From NCBI GenBank assembly GCA_016213235.1, contig JACRBE010000059.1, forward strand, positions 1 through 61,197: DNA of 61,197 nt. Reading direction: 5' to 3'. Position 1 is the stretch's first letter, and every line of letters starts with the position of its first letter. The translations under genes were made by a program, and so were the position numbers. Shown piece after piece: positions 48,062-58,058 of this stretch. The notes under the pieces are model-generated. The model was not told the origin of the DNA, did not search any database, and saw only the letters and a program-made list of their open reading frames with translations. The stretch is from Chlamydiales bacterium (lineage in GTDB: Bacteria; Chlamydiota; Chlamydiia; Chlamydiales; JACRBE01).

Positions 48062-48286
48062 ATGAACGTAATAATAGCGCTTCGAATATTTGGATTAATA
48101 GTTTTTTGCATTGGCAGTCTGCTACTAACTGTTGGGATCATTTCCTCACAAGCATATCTAGAGTGGATTTCTCAAAAATTGACAGGTCGGTATACTGAGG
48201 AAACGATGGGATATCTTTTAGGGGGAGCTAGCGCAATTGTTACTGGAATTGTTGTATTGTTTTTCAGCATCTTTACAAGGAAATAA
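48062..48286 (+). CDS. Small two-TM membrane protein (DUF3185-like)
   Basis: TM-...LTGRYTEETMGYLLGG-TM pattern. Confidence 0.7.
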   Translation: MNVIIALRIFGLIVFCIGSLLLTVGIISSQAYLEWISQKLTGRYTEETMGYLLGGASAIVTGIVVLFFSIFTRK

Positions 48287-48314
48287 GCGAATTTCTAGTT
48301 GAACTATGCAAGTG

Positions 48315-48408
48315 GCAGGGAAATTGCATGAAAAATCATAAATGTCTCCATGGTATAAAAAAAATAATGAAGCACATCTTTATAAAGATTTTCTTGCAAT
48401 TTCCCTGC
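48315..48408. repeat. Long imperfect inverted repeat / hairpin (MITE-like or structured RNA)
   Basis: GCAGGGAAATTGCA(tg)AAAAATC ... GATTTT(ct)TGCAATTTCCCTGC; 14-bp perfect outer arms with further inner pairing. Confidence 0.75.
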
Positions 48409-48540
48409 AGTCGAGATGTATTCAGAGTAATCTGAGAATTATGCGTGAAAGTGGCATCTTCACAGAATCTTAAATATGTTAAAATCAAACCAATCATTTA
48501 TTCTTATAGAGTATAAGGCAATAACAAATCGTAATTATAC

Positions 48541-49047
48541 ATGAGTGATGCGAAAAAATTTAAATTAAGACAAAAACGATTATTTGCTAACAAAACAGAT
48601 GGTTTACATAATCTGCTTATTTCCATTATGGAAATAATGGAAAAACAATATGCAAGGCAAGGCCTTCGCATTCATTTACAACTGGAAGAAAAACTACCAG
48701 CAACGATACATATAGAAGAACAAACCCTATGTTATTTGTTTTTTTATATTATTGAAGCATTCCTTTTTGATATTGGCAAAGCAACAACCCTACGCGTTGT
48801 TGTTTCCTCGCAGACTATTCGAGATGTTCCTCATATATATTTTATTCTGATGGAAGAAAACAGGTATAAGTCTGAAGCTGTTTTTTTTAAGTTGTTGCAA
48901 GCAGTGGAACGAATAATAAAGGATAAGGCTGCAGATAGTTTTTCTTTTGAACTTGCATCGGATCTCATTCATCAACTGGGAGGCGAGATTTGGATGGAAC
49001 ACGAAGATCAACCCTCCCCTGTAGTGCATTTTATATTAAAGTGTTGA
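48541..49047 (+). CDS. Stand-alone degenerate histidine-kinase-like ATPase (HATPase_c-like) domain protein
   Basis: GLRIHLQLEEKLPATIHIEEQTL...LIHQLGGEIWMEH...VHFIL pattern; N and G boxes missing. Confidence 0.55.
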   Translation: MSDAKKFKLRQKRLFANKTDGLHNLLISIMEIMEKQYARQGLRIHLQLEEKLPATIHIEEQTLCYLFFYIIEAFLFDIGKATTLRVVVSSQTIRDVPHIYFILMEENRYKSEAVFFKLLQAVERIIKDKAADSFSFELASDLIHQLGGEIWMEHEDQPSPVVHFILKC

Positions 49048-49776
49048 AAATGGGTTAGAAGATTCTCTAAAAGATGGGTTTGTTTTTCTACGATTAATTT
49101 CGGAGCGAATAGAAAATAAAAGATCTTGGTCGAAGTCCTGTCTGCCAGCCCAAAGCAAATAATCGATAGGAATTTCTGCAAAAGGTCTTCCTTTATGTTT
49201 TCCAAGAGGCATATTTTTTAATCGAATTGGTTTTTTTAATCGTTCCAAGATGTCTTTAGTAGAATTAAAATGCTTGGAGAGTTGTAAAAACACCTGAATA
49301 TTTACAACAACATCACTCATTGCTCGGTGAGCGCCTTCTTGGGGAATATTAAAATGTTGTCGTAGCTGTTGTAATGAATTAGTAGGAGAGTCTCCATAAA
49401 GACGAGCAAGGCGCAACGTATCAATGTATTTTTGTTTTGTGATTTCACAGGGTATGCAAAATCGTTTTGCCTCTTCTTCCATGATCTCCATATCAAAAAA
49501 AACGCCATGTCCAATAATAATGTGCCCTTGTATGAGTTTTAAACAAGAGGGCAATATCTCTTTGATTGTTGGCTTGTCTTTTACCATGTCATTGGTGATA
49601 TGATGGATTTTAATAGAATCTTCTGGAATGTCACATTCTGGGTTAATTAACGTTTCAAAGGAGGATAGGTGTTCATCTCCCCGGAACTTTACGATGGCAA
49701 TTTCAATGACTTTATTTTCTTTTGGGCTAAGTCCTGTTGTCTCGCAATCTATACATACGAATACATCTTTATTCAT
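49036..49776 (-). CDS. dnaQ: DNA polymerase III epsilon-like exonuclease with DUF3820-like C-terminus
   Basis: DCETTG, HGVFFD, HRAMSD, MPLGKHKG. Confidence 0.9.
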   Translation of the reverse strand: MNKDVFVCIDCETTGLSPKENKVIEIAIVKFRGDEHLSSFETLINPECDIPEDSIKIHHITNDMVKDKPTIKEILPSCLKLIQGHIIIGHGVFFDMEIMEEEAKRFCIPCEITKQKYIDTLRLARLYGDSPTNSLQQLRQHFNIPQEGAHRAMSDVVVNIQVFLQLSKHFNSTKDILERLKKPIRLKNMPLGKHKGRPFAEIPIDYLLWAGRQDFDQDLLFSIRSEINRRKTNPSFRESSNPFSTL

Positions 49777-50378
49777 AGAAGGCCTTGTATCTCTTTGATT
49801 AGTCGATCTTTTCCATCGCTGTTTTTAATCGAGTAAGCTATGGTACTTGGCCCATGATTTAAGAAGTTAGATAATTCGGTCTTTTTTTCATTCAATACGC
49901 TTTTAAGCTCTGATTCAGAAAGTTTATCTGTCTTTGTAAAAATAACAATAATGTTAATCTGATTTTTTTTTATCCATTCTATCGCCATTTTATCTAAATC
50001 ACTGATAGTATCGCGTCTGCTGTCTAGCAAAACAAGTACGCACTTAATAGGGCGATCAGAGGAAAAATAATATTCGATGAGCTCATGCCATCTTTTTTGT
50101 TCTTCTTCCGGAGTTTTGGCAAATCCATAACCTGGTAAATCAACTAGAAAAAATTTTTCATCCACTGCAAAAAAATTAATGGTTTGTGTTTTTCCTGGCA
50201 GACTTGATGTTTTTGCAAGCTGTTTGTTGGATAACAAGTGGTTAACTAAGGAAGATTTTCCTACGTTGGATTTTCCAATGATAGCAATTTCTTGTAAAGA
50301 TTGCCTATTTGCTTTCGCTAATTGGGTAATATTGCCAACGACATATCTTAACTCTACTTTTTTAAAATCAATTTTCAC
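49773..50378 (-). CDS. engB: GTP-binding protein EngB/YihA
   Basis: GKSNVGKSS, PGKTQTIN, DLPGYG, TKTDK. Confidence 0.95.
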   Translation of the reverse strand: MKIDFKKVELRYVVGNITQLAKANRQSLQEIAIIGKSNVGKSSLVNHLLSNKQLAKTSSLPGKTQTINFFAVDEKFFLVDLPGYGFAKTPEEEQKRWHELIEYYFSSDRPIKCVLVLLDSRRDTISDLDKMAIEWIKKNQINIIVIFTKTDKLSESELKSVLNEKKTELSNFLNHGPSTIAYSIKNSDGKDRLIKEIQGLL

Positions 50379-50797
50379 TTAAGAGTAATTCTCCTGTTGT
50401 TTTCACCACTATAATCGATATAAACATGCAGAGCATTATCCGGTAAGTAGGGCGTAATACGTTCAGGCCATTCGATAAGACAAATGTGATCATTGCTAAA
50501 ATAATCTATAAATCCCATGCTTTCAAACTCTTCTGGATCTTTTAGGCGGTATAAATCAAAATGATAAATAAGAGATGAGTTTTTATATTCAATGAGATAA
50601 GTAAAGGTGGGACTATGAATCATATTTTCATCAACAGCTGCAATGCAATGGACTAAGGATTTGATTAACGTGGTTTTCCCAGCTCCTAAAGTACCATGAA
50701 AGCAGACGACATCTCCAGGGGATATTAAAGAAGCTAGTTCTATTGCGATCTGCTTGGTATCTTCTAAAGAAGCAGAAAACCAATTATTCTTCTTCAA
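50375..50797 (-). CDS. tsaE: tRNA threonylcarbamoyladenosine biosynthesis ATPase TsaE
   Basis: GTLGAGKT, SPTF, HFDLYRL, IEWPE; likely start is TTG 50797 (track gives 50851). Confidence 0.95.
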   Translation of the reverse strand: MKKNNWFSASLEDTKQIAIELASLISPGDVVCFHGTLGAGKTTLIKSLVHCIAAVDENMIHSPTFTYLIEYKNSSLIYHFDLYRLKDPEEFESMGFIDYFSNDHICLIEWPERITPYLPDNALHVYIDYSGENNRRITLK

Positions 50798-51539
50798 ACC
50801 AGTGCTCAGTGAAAGATGTAAGCTCGTCTTCTTGAGACATTGCTTCGACAAAAGCAGACATATTGGATTCGTCTATCTGCTCTTGTATAAAGTTCATAAA
50901 ATCATCTTCGATTTGGAACTTGTTTTGTGTAGGCACGTCCATCAAAGAAATGGGTTTTAGATGATTTTTACAAAAGTCATCAATTACTGATTTGCGGCTA
51001 TTGAACAATTTGCCGGAAATTACAGAAGAAAATACCAATTTTGTAATAGGTTCTTTTCTTTTTTCAATATAATTGTGAATGACTTCCGGATCTTCGGATA
51101 CAAGGAATTTTTTTGCGGGAAGGCCACCTTTTCTTTCTGTGTTTTCTGCACATCTAGAAACCCAATCATAAATAGCATCTAAAGGGTTTGGGTGAGTATT
51201 GTCTCCAAAAACTTTACCGGAATAAGGGCATATGTAAATACGTTTTGTGTGTTCATTGACACTACGTTGCCCTACCATGATTTTTATCTCTGTCTCTCTC
51301 CAAAGTTTCCCTTGTTTTTCAAGAGTATCTACTAATTCTTCTTCGCTGCGGTAAATTTTCTTTTCTTTCAAAAAAACAACAGGATGGACCTCAAATTTTT
51401 TTTCTACATAAAACAAATATGTAGTTAATAAATCTGCGGTTTTATGCTTCGTTAAAAAACTGATTAAAGACTTTTTTAAGTCTTTTGTAATGTTAATCTT
51501 TTCTGTTTTCATCAACATCCTATATCTCTTTATTTTCAA
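50784..51539 (-). CDS. Chlamydial conserved protein DUF2709 (CT538-like)
   Basis: IYICPYSGKVFGDNTHPNPLDAIYDWVSRC; upstream of tsaE and dnaQ; likely start is ATG 51512. Confidence 0.8.
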   Translation of the reverse strand: MKIKRYRMLMKTEKINITKDLKKSLISFLTKHKTADLLTTYLFYVEKKFEVHPVVFLKEKKIYRSEEELVDTLEKQGKLWRETEIKIMVGQRSVNEHTKRIYICPYSGKVFGDNTHPNPLDAIYDWVSRCAENTERKGGLPAKKFLVSEDPEVIHNYIEKRKEPITKLVFSSVISGKLFNSRKSVIDDFCKNHLKPISLMDVPTQNKFQIEDDFMNFIQEQIDESNMSAFVEAMSQEDELTSFTEHWFEEE

Positions 51540-51658
51540 GCAAACTTTATTACAAGATTCAAAGACTCTAAAGATTAATCCATTGTTTGATTATTCTCAA
51601 GACAAACAAAAAGAAAAATAGTGAGAAAGAGGAAAAATATCTTAAAGACTTGGCTTAT

Positions 51659-52027
51659 TTATGCACGAGGAGAGCCGGGAGGAGCATCTTCATAGAGTTT
51701 ATTGATATCGGGGAATATTTTTTTAGCGATTGCGTGAACAGAGGATATATCAGTAGGTGGGATAGAAGAAGCTTTTGCAAACGTGCTAGCCATCTGAGTT
51801 AGAGAGTTAGATAGCTCTCTTAAAGCCGTTTTGGTGCCCTCTGGTGCTGATGTCATTGCCTTGATGGCTTCCTCACTGATGTCGAGAGCCTGAGCCATGT
51901 ATCCTTCGGCCTTTTCTCTAATATCGAGAGGATTAGATACACCATCATGGAGACGAGCTGTTAAGGTTTCTAGATTAGAAACTATAGCATCTGCGGTTAG
52001 TGCAATATTGCGGATATCCATGAGCAT
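51659..52027 (-). CDS. Hypothetical helical protein
   Basis: 122-aa Ala/Ser/Thr-rich ORF with an AAGG SD; fills the intergenic space. Confidence 0.6.
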   Translation of the reverse strand: MLMDIRNIALTADAIVSNLETLTARLHDGVSNPLDIREKAEGYMAQALDISEEAIKAMTSAPEGTKTALRELSNSLTQMASTFAKASSIPPTDISSVHAIAKKIFPDINKLYEDAPPGSPRA

Positions 52028-52243
52028 ACCTTGTTTTCTTTCTTAAAAACAAAACATGCTTTTTTTGCAATAAAAAAATTAATATAGCGAGATGAGTGAA
52101 TCATCGTTCTGTGGCTGTTTATTTTATTGCAATATAGATCAATTTTTATTTAACTGTTTTTTGGTTTAAAAGGTTAAATTTAGGAATTGCTTTTTAGAGA
52201 CTTTACCTGTTATCCTCACGAGAAAATTTTGTAGGATGAGAAA

Positions 52244-53323
52244 ATGGCGCTATTATTAGAAGAAATTATTATACCTGATTATGAAAAAGTTGTAAAAGTA
52301 ACGGATGAAAGTGTTGGGTTAAAAGCAATTATTGCTATTCACAATACCAACATGGGTCCAGCGCTAGGCGGCCTTAGAATTTATCCTTATACAACATTTG
52401 ATGATGCCCTAACCGATGTCCTACGATTATCAAAAGGAATGACCTATAAGTCTGCTGTTAGCCAAACAGGACTGGGCGGTGGAAAAAGTGTTATTATGAT
52501 AGACAAGCAGGGTAAAAACCCCGCGTTATTAAGGGCATTTGGAAAGGCTGTTGATATGTTGCAAGGTGCATATATTTGTGCAGAAGATGTTGGCTGTACA
52601 GTAGAGGACATAAAGGTTGTTCGAGAAACAACGAGATATGTTACAGGTCTTGCCAGTGAAAAAAGCAGTGGGGATCCAGCTCCTTTTACTGCATGGGGCA
52701 CTTACCGTGGTATTCAATCTATTACGCAGTTTTTATTTGGCACAGATAGCGTAGCTGGCAAAACGATAGCGATTCAAGGGCTTGGGGCAGTAGGTGGAGC
52801 GTTGCTCGATATTTTATTTTGGGAAGGCGCTGACTTAATTGTTACGGATATTGATGAAGAAAAGGCTAAACGTTTAGCTAAACAATACGCTGCTACCTAT
52901 GTACCACCTGATCAAATTCTATTTGTCAAATGTGATATATTAGCTCCTTGTGCACTTGGAGGTATCATCAATCAACACACGATTTCAAAGCTGCGATGCA
53001 GAGCAATCGGAGGTGCAGCTAATAATCAATTATTAGAAGATGTAGATGCAAATCGATTACTTAGCTATGGTATTTTATATGCTCCAGATTTTGTCATTAA
53101 TGCAGGTGGCATTATTAATGTAAGAAATGAGCTTGTTCCAAGTGGCTATAATGCAAGGGCTGCTAGAAATGAAGTGCATAAAATTTATGATCGTTTACTA
53201 GACATTTATCATATTGCAAAGCAAAATCGATGTTCAACGCATCATGCTGCGGTGATGCTTGCAGAGCATAGAATTAGATATCACATAGGAAAAGAAGAAC
53301 AACAACTTTGTTTTCACCACTAA
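52244..53323 (+). CDS. ldh: Leucine dehydrogenase (Glu/Leu/Phe/Val dehydrogenase)
   Basis: GPALGGLR, GMTYK, GGGKSV, AEDVG, QGLGAVG, GAANNQL, NAGG. Confidence 0.93.
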   Translation: MALLLEEIIIPDYEKVVKVTDESVGLKAIIAIHNTNMGPALGGLRIYPYTTFDDALTDVLRLSKGMTYKSAVSQTGLGGGKSVIMIDKQGKNPALLRAFGKAVDMLQGAYICAEDVGCTVEDIKVVRETTRYVTGLASEKSSGDPAPFTAWGTYRGIQSITQFLFGTDSVAGKTIAIQGLGAVGGALLDILFWEGADLIVTDIDEEKAKRLAKQYAATYVPPDQILFVKCDILAPCALGGIINQHTISKLRCRAIGGAANNQLLEDVDANRLLSYGILYAPDFVINAGGIINVRNELVPSGYNARAARNEVHKIYDRLLDIYHIAKQNRCSTHHAAVMLAEHRIRYHIGKEEQQLCFHH

Positions 53324-55080
53324 TGATTAATTTACATTTAGCGCTAACACAAGAAATAACAAAAATAATTAAGTTATTATTTCAAAAAGAGCTTTCTTTA
53401 GAAAAAGAAGAGACCTTTCTTGCAGATGTTACTCCTTCTACACAAGACAAATTTGGACATTATCAATGCAATAGTGCGATGCGTCTTGGTAAATTGTTAA
53501 AAAGCAATCCAAGAGATGTTGCAACAAAAATAATTGCAAAGATGGAAACGATCGCATTTATTGCAAAAACAGAAGTGGCAGGTCCTGGTTTCATCAATAT
53601 CTTTTTAGCTTCCTCTTTTTTATGTGAAAAAATTAATCAACAATTAAAAGACCCCCGTCTTGGTATTGCAAGTCTTCCAGGGCATGAGAAAGTAGTCATT
53701 GATTTTTCTTCTCCCAATGTGGCCAAGGAATTACATGTAGGGCACCTTCGATCTACCATTATTGGAGATAGTATAGCGCGTTTACTGGAGTTTTTGGGAT
53801 ATGATGTGCTAAGGCTCAATCACATTGGAGATTGGGGAACCCAATTTGGTATGCTGATTACCTATTTACGCCATTATCATAAAGCGGTTTTTTTAGGGGA
53901 TGATAGAGCAAATCTATCGCAATTAATGCTTTGGTATCGAGAATCAAAAAAGCATTTTGATGCAGACCCGGTGTTTAAAAAACAGGCCCAACTATCGGCA
54001 GTGGATCTTCAGCAAGGCAATGTGGAATGTAGAAAAGCGTGGGAAATTATTTGCGAGATTTCTAGAAAAGCATATCAGGAGATTTATCACTTACTTGATA
54101 TTCAATTAATAGAAAGAGGGGAGTCGTTTTATCAGCCTTTTATTCAGGATTTAATGCAAGATCTCCATGCCAAAGGGCTTGTTACGATGTCGGATGGGGC
54201 AGAGTGCATTTTTTTAGATGGATTTGAAGGAAAAGATAACCAAGCTTTGCCAATTATTTTAAAGAAATCAGATGGTGGTTTTAACTATGCTACAACAGAT
54301 ATGGCAGCTATTAGACATCGCTCTAAAGTAGAAAAAGCAAAGCGATTAATTTATGTGGTAGATTCTGGTCAAAAACTACATTTAGAGATGATTTTTACAG
54401 CAGCAGAAAAAGCTGGTTATGTTGATAGAAAAATGCAGGAAGTAGTCCATGTAGCTTTTGGTGTCGTGCTGGGATCGGATGGTAAAAAATATAAGACAAG
54501 GTCTGGTGAGACAGAGCGATTGATTGATTTGATACAAGAAGCAATAGAGCGCTCTTATGAATTAATGAAAGATCGTATTCCCGATGCATCAGATGAAGAA
54601 CTAATGAGTGCTGCTAAAATACTTGGTGTTGATGCGGTTAAATATGCGGATCTTTCCGGTCATAGACAAAAAGACTATGCTTTTAGTTATGATCGTATGT
54701 TAAAATTTGAGGGAAATACAGCAGCTTTCCTACTTTATTCCTATGTAAGGATACAAAGTATAAAACGCAAAGCAGATATTGCTTTAGATGCGCTCATGCA
54801 CAGCGCTAGTATTCAGCTAGAAACTGCTCAAGAAACAGATTTAGCTCTACATTTGCTTCGTTTTTCTGAAGCACTAAGAGAAATGGACAAAGAGTTGCTG
54901 CCAAATAGGCTATGTGATTATCTCTTTACGTTGGCAGAGAAGTTCAATATCTTTTTCAGAGATTGTCAAGTAATTGGGCATGAATTGCAACATTCTAGAT
55001 TGCTACTAGCAGATCTTACCGGCAGAGTATTAAAGCAGGGGCTTTCTTTACTTGGGTTAAAAACACTCGACAGGATGTAA
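53323..55080 (+). CDS. argS: Arginine--tRNA ligase
   Basis: FSSPNVAKELHVGHLRST, NHIGDWGTQFG, KTRSG, GNTAAFLLY; TAATG overlap with the ldh stop. Confidence 0.98.
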   Translation: MINLHLALTQEITKIIKLLFQKELSLEKEETFLADVTPSTQDKFGHYQCNSAMRLGKLLKSNPRDVATKIIAKMETIAFIAKTEVAGPGFINIFLASSFLCEKINQQLKDPRLGIASLPGHEKVVIDFSSPNVAKELHVGHLRSTIIGDSIARLLEFLGYDVLRLNHIGDWGTQFGMLITYLRHYHKAVFLGDDRANLSQLMLWYRESKKHFDADPVFKKQAQLSAVDLQQGNVECRKAWEIICEISRKAYQEIYHLLDIQLIERGESFYQPFIQDLMQDLHAKGLVTMSDGAECIFLDGFEGKDNQALPIILKKSDGGFNYATTDMAAIRHRSKVEKAKRLIYVVDSGQKLHLEMIFTAAEKAGYVDRKMQEVVHVAFGVVLGSDGKKYKTRSGETERLIDLIQEAIERSYELMKDRIPDASDEELMSAAKILGVDAVKYADLSGHRQKDYAFSYDRMLKFEGNTAAFLLYSYVRIQSIKRKADIALDALMHSASIQLETAQETDLALHLLRFSEALREMDKELLPNRLCDYLFTLAEKFNIFFRDCQVIGHELQHSRLLLADLTGRVLKQGLSLLGLKTLDRM

Positions 55081-55125
55081 CGTATCTCAGTTGTGGATTT
55101 CTCCATGTAATTTACAGAGCGAACT

Positions 55126-55166
55126 AATAACCATCAATTCAAATAAGTGATGGTTATTGATTTTTA
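55126..55166 (+). terminator. Inverted repeat after argS (terminator, or AbiEi operator)
   Basis: AATAACCATCA-11 nt-TGATGGTTATT followed by GATTTTTT. Confidence 0.55.
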
Positions 55167-55350
55167 ATTATAACACATTCATTATTAATATCTTATATAA
55201 GATGCGCTCTGAGTCGAATATCTGATGGTATATTAAATGCACAATTTATATGCTTGTGTCTGATTTTTCGTGCTTATAATACACCTCATTTGGTACATTC
55301 AAATCAGAAGTTAAGGGCAACCACACGCTAATTCGTGCATAGAGTGTACT

Positions 55351-56193
55351 ATGGATTCTATAGAAAAAAATGACTTGGCCGGCATTGGGAGGATCTCAAG
55401 ACATCGCCTCTCTGAAGTGCTTCGTAAGGTTAAAGGGGGTTGCATTACTTCCAAGAATGTAGCGGAATTTCTTAACGTTTCTACAAGCCAAGCTCGCGCA
55501 TTTCTATCCGCTTGGGCTGCAAATGGATGGTTATACAGAGTGCGGCAAGGTATCTATGTGCCTATTGATATTGCTGCCACCTCTTCCGATCAGTCTTTGA
55601 TAGATCCTGGGATTGTTGCAAATGAACTATTTGCGCCTTGCTACATTGGAGGATGGTCAGCAGCTCAGCATTGGGGTTTTACGGAGCAGATTTTTGAATC
55701 AATGTTGATCATCACATCAAGACACATCAACGGGAAAAAGCAATTAGCTGGTGACTTGCATTTTTTGATCAAGAAACTTAAGGCTGAGAAAATGTTTGGT
55801 CTGAAGGCTGTATGGAAAGAACAGCTCAAGGTTCAAGTATCTGACCCTCATAAAACAATTATAGACATGTTCGATGACCCTTCTGTTGGAGGTGGAATGC
55901 GTTCGGTGATAGATTTTTTTCAACAATATCTCTCCTCTTCTCACTTTAATGCCGATACTCTTCTTGCATATGCCTCAAGAATGGATAACAAAACTATTTT
56001 CAAGCGTTTAGGTTTTGTTTTATCTAAAATTAATCCCAACGCAACTGCATTGATCGACTATTGTAAACAGAATATCAGCCAGGGGAACTCTCAGCTTGAT
56101 CCTACTCTGAAAGGAAATCGTCTACTTAAAAAATGGAGGCTCTGGATTCCTGTGAATTTTGAAAAACACATGAATTGGACTGAACATGATTGA
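55351..56193 (+). CDS. abiEi: Type IV TA antitoxin AbiEi (wHTH transcriptional regulator)
   Basis: GWLYRVRQGIY, YIGGWSAAQHWGFTEQ, SDPHKTIID, KRLGF, WRLWIP. Confidence 0.9.
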   Translation: MDSIEKNDLAGIGRISRHRLSEVLRKVKGGCITSKNVAEFLNVSTSQARAFLSAWAANGWLYRVRQGIYVPIDIAATSSDQSLIDPGIVANELFAPCYIGGWSAAQHWGFTEQIFESMLIITSRHINGKKQLAGDLHFLIKKLKAEKMFGLKAVWKEQLKVQVSDPHKTIIDMFDDPSVGGGMRSVIDFFQQYLSSSHFNADTLLAYASRMDNKTIFKRLGFVLSKINPNATALIDYCKQNISQGNSQLDPTLKGNRLLKKWRLWIPVNFEKHMNWTEHD

Positions 56194-57532
56194 TAAATTG
56201 GAGGTGCTTCAACTAGCCAAAAACGCGGGATTGCAAAACTCTACAATCGAAAAAGACTATGTTTTAGGATGGGTATTAATAGGCCTCCAAAACAATTCTA
56301 AGATTGGAGACTCGTGGATTTTTAAAGGTGGCACATGCCTTAAAAAATGTTTTTTTGATGAATATCGCTTTTCTGAGGATTTGGACTTCACATTGATAGA
56401 TCTTGCCCAAATGAACGAATCTTTTCTCATGAGCGTTTTAAAGGAGCTTGCTGAATGGGCATATGATGAGACAGGGATTGAAATTCCTTTGAAAAGTTTC
56501 TCCGTGGAATTCTATACAAATTTGCAAGGATCTCTCTCAGCTCAAACCAAGTTTTCTTACATTGGCCCCTTAAAACAAAAAAAGACAAATAGCCTTCCCA
56601 CTATCAAGCTAGATCTTACCCCACATGAAAAAGTCGTGTTAATTCCTGAGAGACGCGAAATCTTCCACCACTATTCAGATAAGCCTCTGAATTCTCCAAA
56701 AGCCTTTTGTTATTGTTATGAGGAAATCTTCGCTGAAAAGTTACGTGCCCTAGCAGAAAGGGCTAGGCCTCGGGATCTCTATGACATCATTCATCTTTAT
56801 CAAGAACGCCAAAGGCTTGGAGAAAAAAGTAAATTTTTTGAGTCTCTTGAACAAAAATGTTCTTTTAAGAAAATGCCTTTGCCCAGCCTGGAAACGATTG
56901 AAAGACATCCTCAAAAGGCCATCCTCTCTTCCGAATGGGAAAACATGTTAAGTCATCAACTGCCAATGTTAAGACCTTTTGAGAATTTTTGGGAGCAGCT
57001 CCCTCATATTTTCAACTGGGTTTATGAGGATTATCCTAAAGCATTTTTAACGCAATTAAACTCATTTCTAACGCAGAAGAAAGCCTGGACCTGTATCGTA
57101 CTTATTTGTGAAAACGATCTAACTTTCCCTTATCAGGAAAGATATTTCGTTTCGATACCCAGTGAAGAAATTATCAGGCTGAATCAATCAAGTAAGGTGT
57201 GGTGTCAACCATTGAATCTCATCGATGTGACGATAAAAGGGAATGCTCAATTCATCCACGATAAATTGTATGAAGCGATCGTAATGTATCTCGATGAGCA
57301 AACAAAAGCATTTGTTTCGCATGATTCGCAGGCAAAAAATCAGAAAGCGATTTCTTTGGCAGAAGTAAGACCTGGGGACGTTGTTGAAGTTCCTGGCTAT
57401 TTTTTAAACGATTGGAATAAACGGATCAATCCTTCTTCGGGATATGTGCACTACTGGTTTCAACCCACCATAGTACTGCCACCTCATATGAAAATGAAAC
57501 TCATTCAGGCGGCTAGAAGAAAAAGATTCTAA
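56186..57532 (+). CDS. abiEii: Type IV TA toxin AbiEii nucleotidyltransferase with C-terminal extension
   Basis: IEKDY, FKGGTCLKK, RFSEDLDF, EKLRAL, RPRDLYD; 8-bp overlap with abiEi. Confidence 0.92.
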   Translation: MIDKLEVLQLAKNAGLQNSTIEKDYVLGWVLIGLQNNSKIGDSWIFKGGTCLKKCFFDEYRFSEDLDFTLIDLAQMNESFLMSVLKELAEWAYDETGIEIPLKSFSVEFYTNLQGSLSAQTKFSYIGPLKQKKTNSLPTIKLDLTPHEKVVLIPERREIFHHYSDKPLNSPKAFCYCYEEIFAEKLRALAERARPRDLYDIIHLYQERQRLGEKSKFFESLEQKCSFKKMPLPSLETIERHPQKAILSSEWENMLSHQLPMLRPFENFWEQLPHIFNWVYEDYPKAFLTQLNSFLTQKKAWTCIVLICENDLTFPYQERYFVSIPSEEIIRLNQSSKVWCQPLNLIDVTIKGNAQFIHDKLYEAIVMYLDEQTKAFVSHDSQAKNQKAISLAEVRPGDVVEVPGYFLNDWNKRINPSSGYVHYWFQPTIVLPPHMKMKLIQAARRKRF

Positions 57533-57611
57533 TGATTCATACTTTGGCGCACGCTCAGTGCACTCTTTTTACGTGGATTAAAAACATTAGACAGGTTGTA
57601 ATAGCATCTAT

Positions 57612-58043
57612 TTATCTGATTTTTTCTATCATACGCATGTAACGGTTTAACCATGGGGGACAATCATGGTGAGCCATGATTTGATCTATTGTTAGCCAAT
57701 AATGAGATGGGATTTCACGAATATCAGGAGTTACATGAACATTAGGCTGCTGCATTTTACAATAAAAAATGATGTCCAAGTAATTTTTGTTGTCAGAACC
57801 AACAAAGAAGGAACTAGTTACAAAATGAATAGGATCAATCAATTCTAGTCCAACTTCCTCAATAATTTCTCGCTTAACCGCTTGTATCAAAATATTGGTT
57901 TCATTTGCACCGTCTGCATATTCTACTTTGCCACCTGGAAAAGATAAACAACCACCTGCATGACCGCCTGGGGGTCTTTTAATAAATAAAAAATGATTGT
58001 TATGCTCAATGGCGCATTCGACAACAGTAAGAAACATTGACAT
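57612..58043 (-). CDS. NUDIX hydrolase
   Basis: Nudix box FPGGKVE...AVKREIIEEVGL. Confidence 0.9.
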   Translation of the reverse strand: MSMFLTVVECAIEHNNHFLFIKRPPGGHAGGCLSFPGGKVEYADGANETNILIQAVKREIIEEVGLELIDPIHFVTSSFFVGSDNKNYLDIIFYCKMQQPNVHVTPDIREIPSHYWLTIDQIMAHHDCPPWLNRYMRMIEKIR

Positions 58044-58058
58044 ATCTATTCCTATATT

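Noticed and set aside
24488..55091. TATCTCAGT at the right edge of the TetR islet and the left edge of the AbiE islet
   Set aside because: A 9-mer is expected by chance in 61 kb of AT-rich DNA, and it has no matching partner at the opposite ends.
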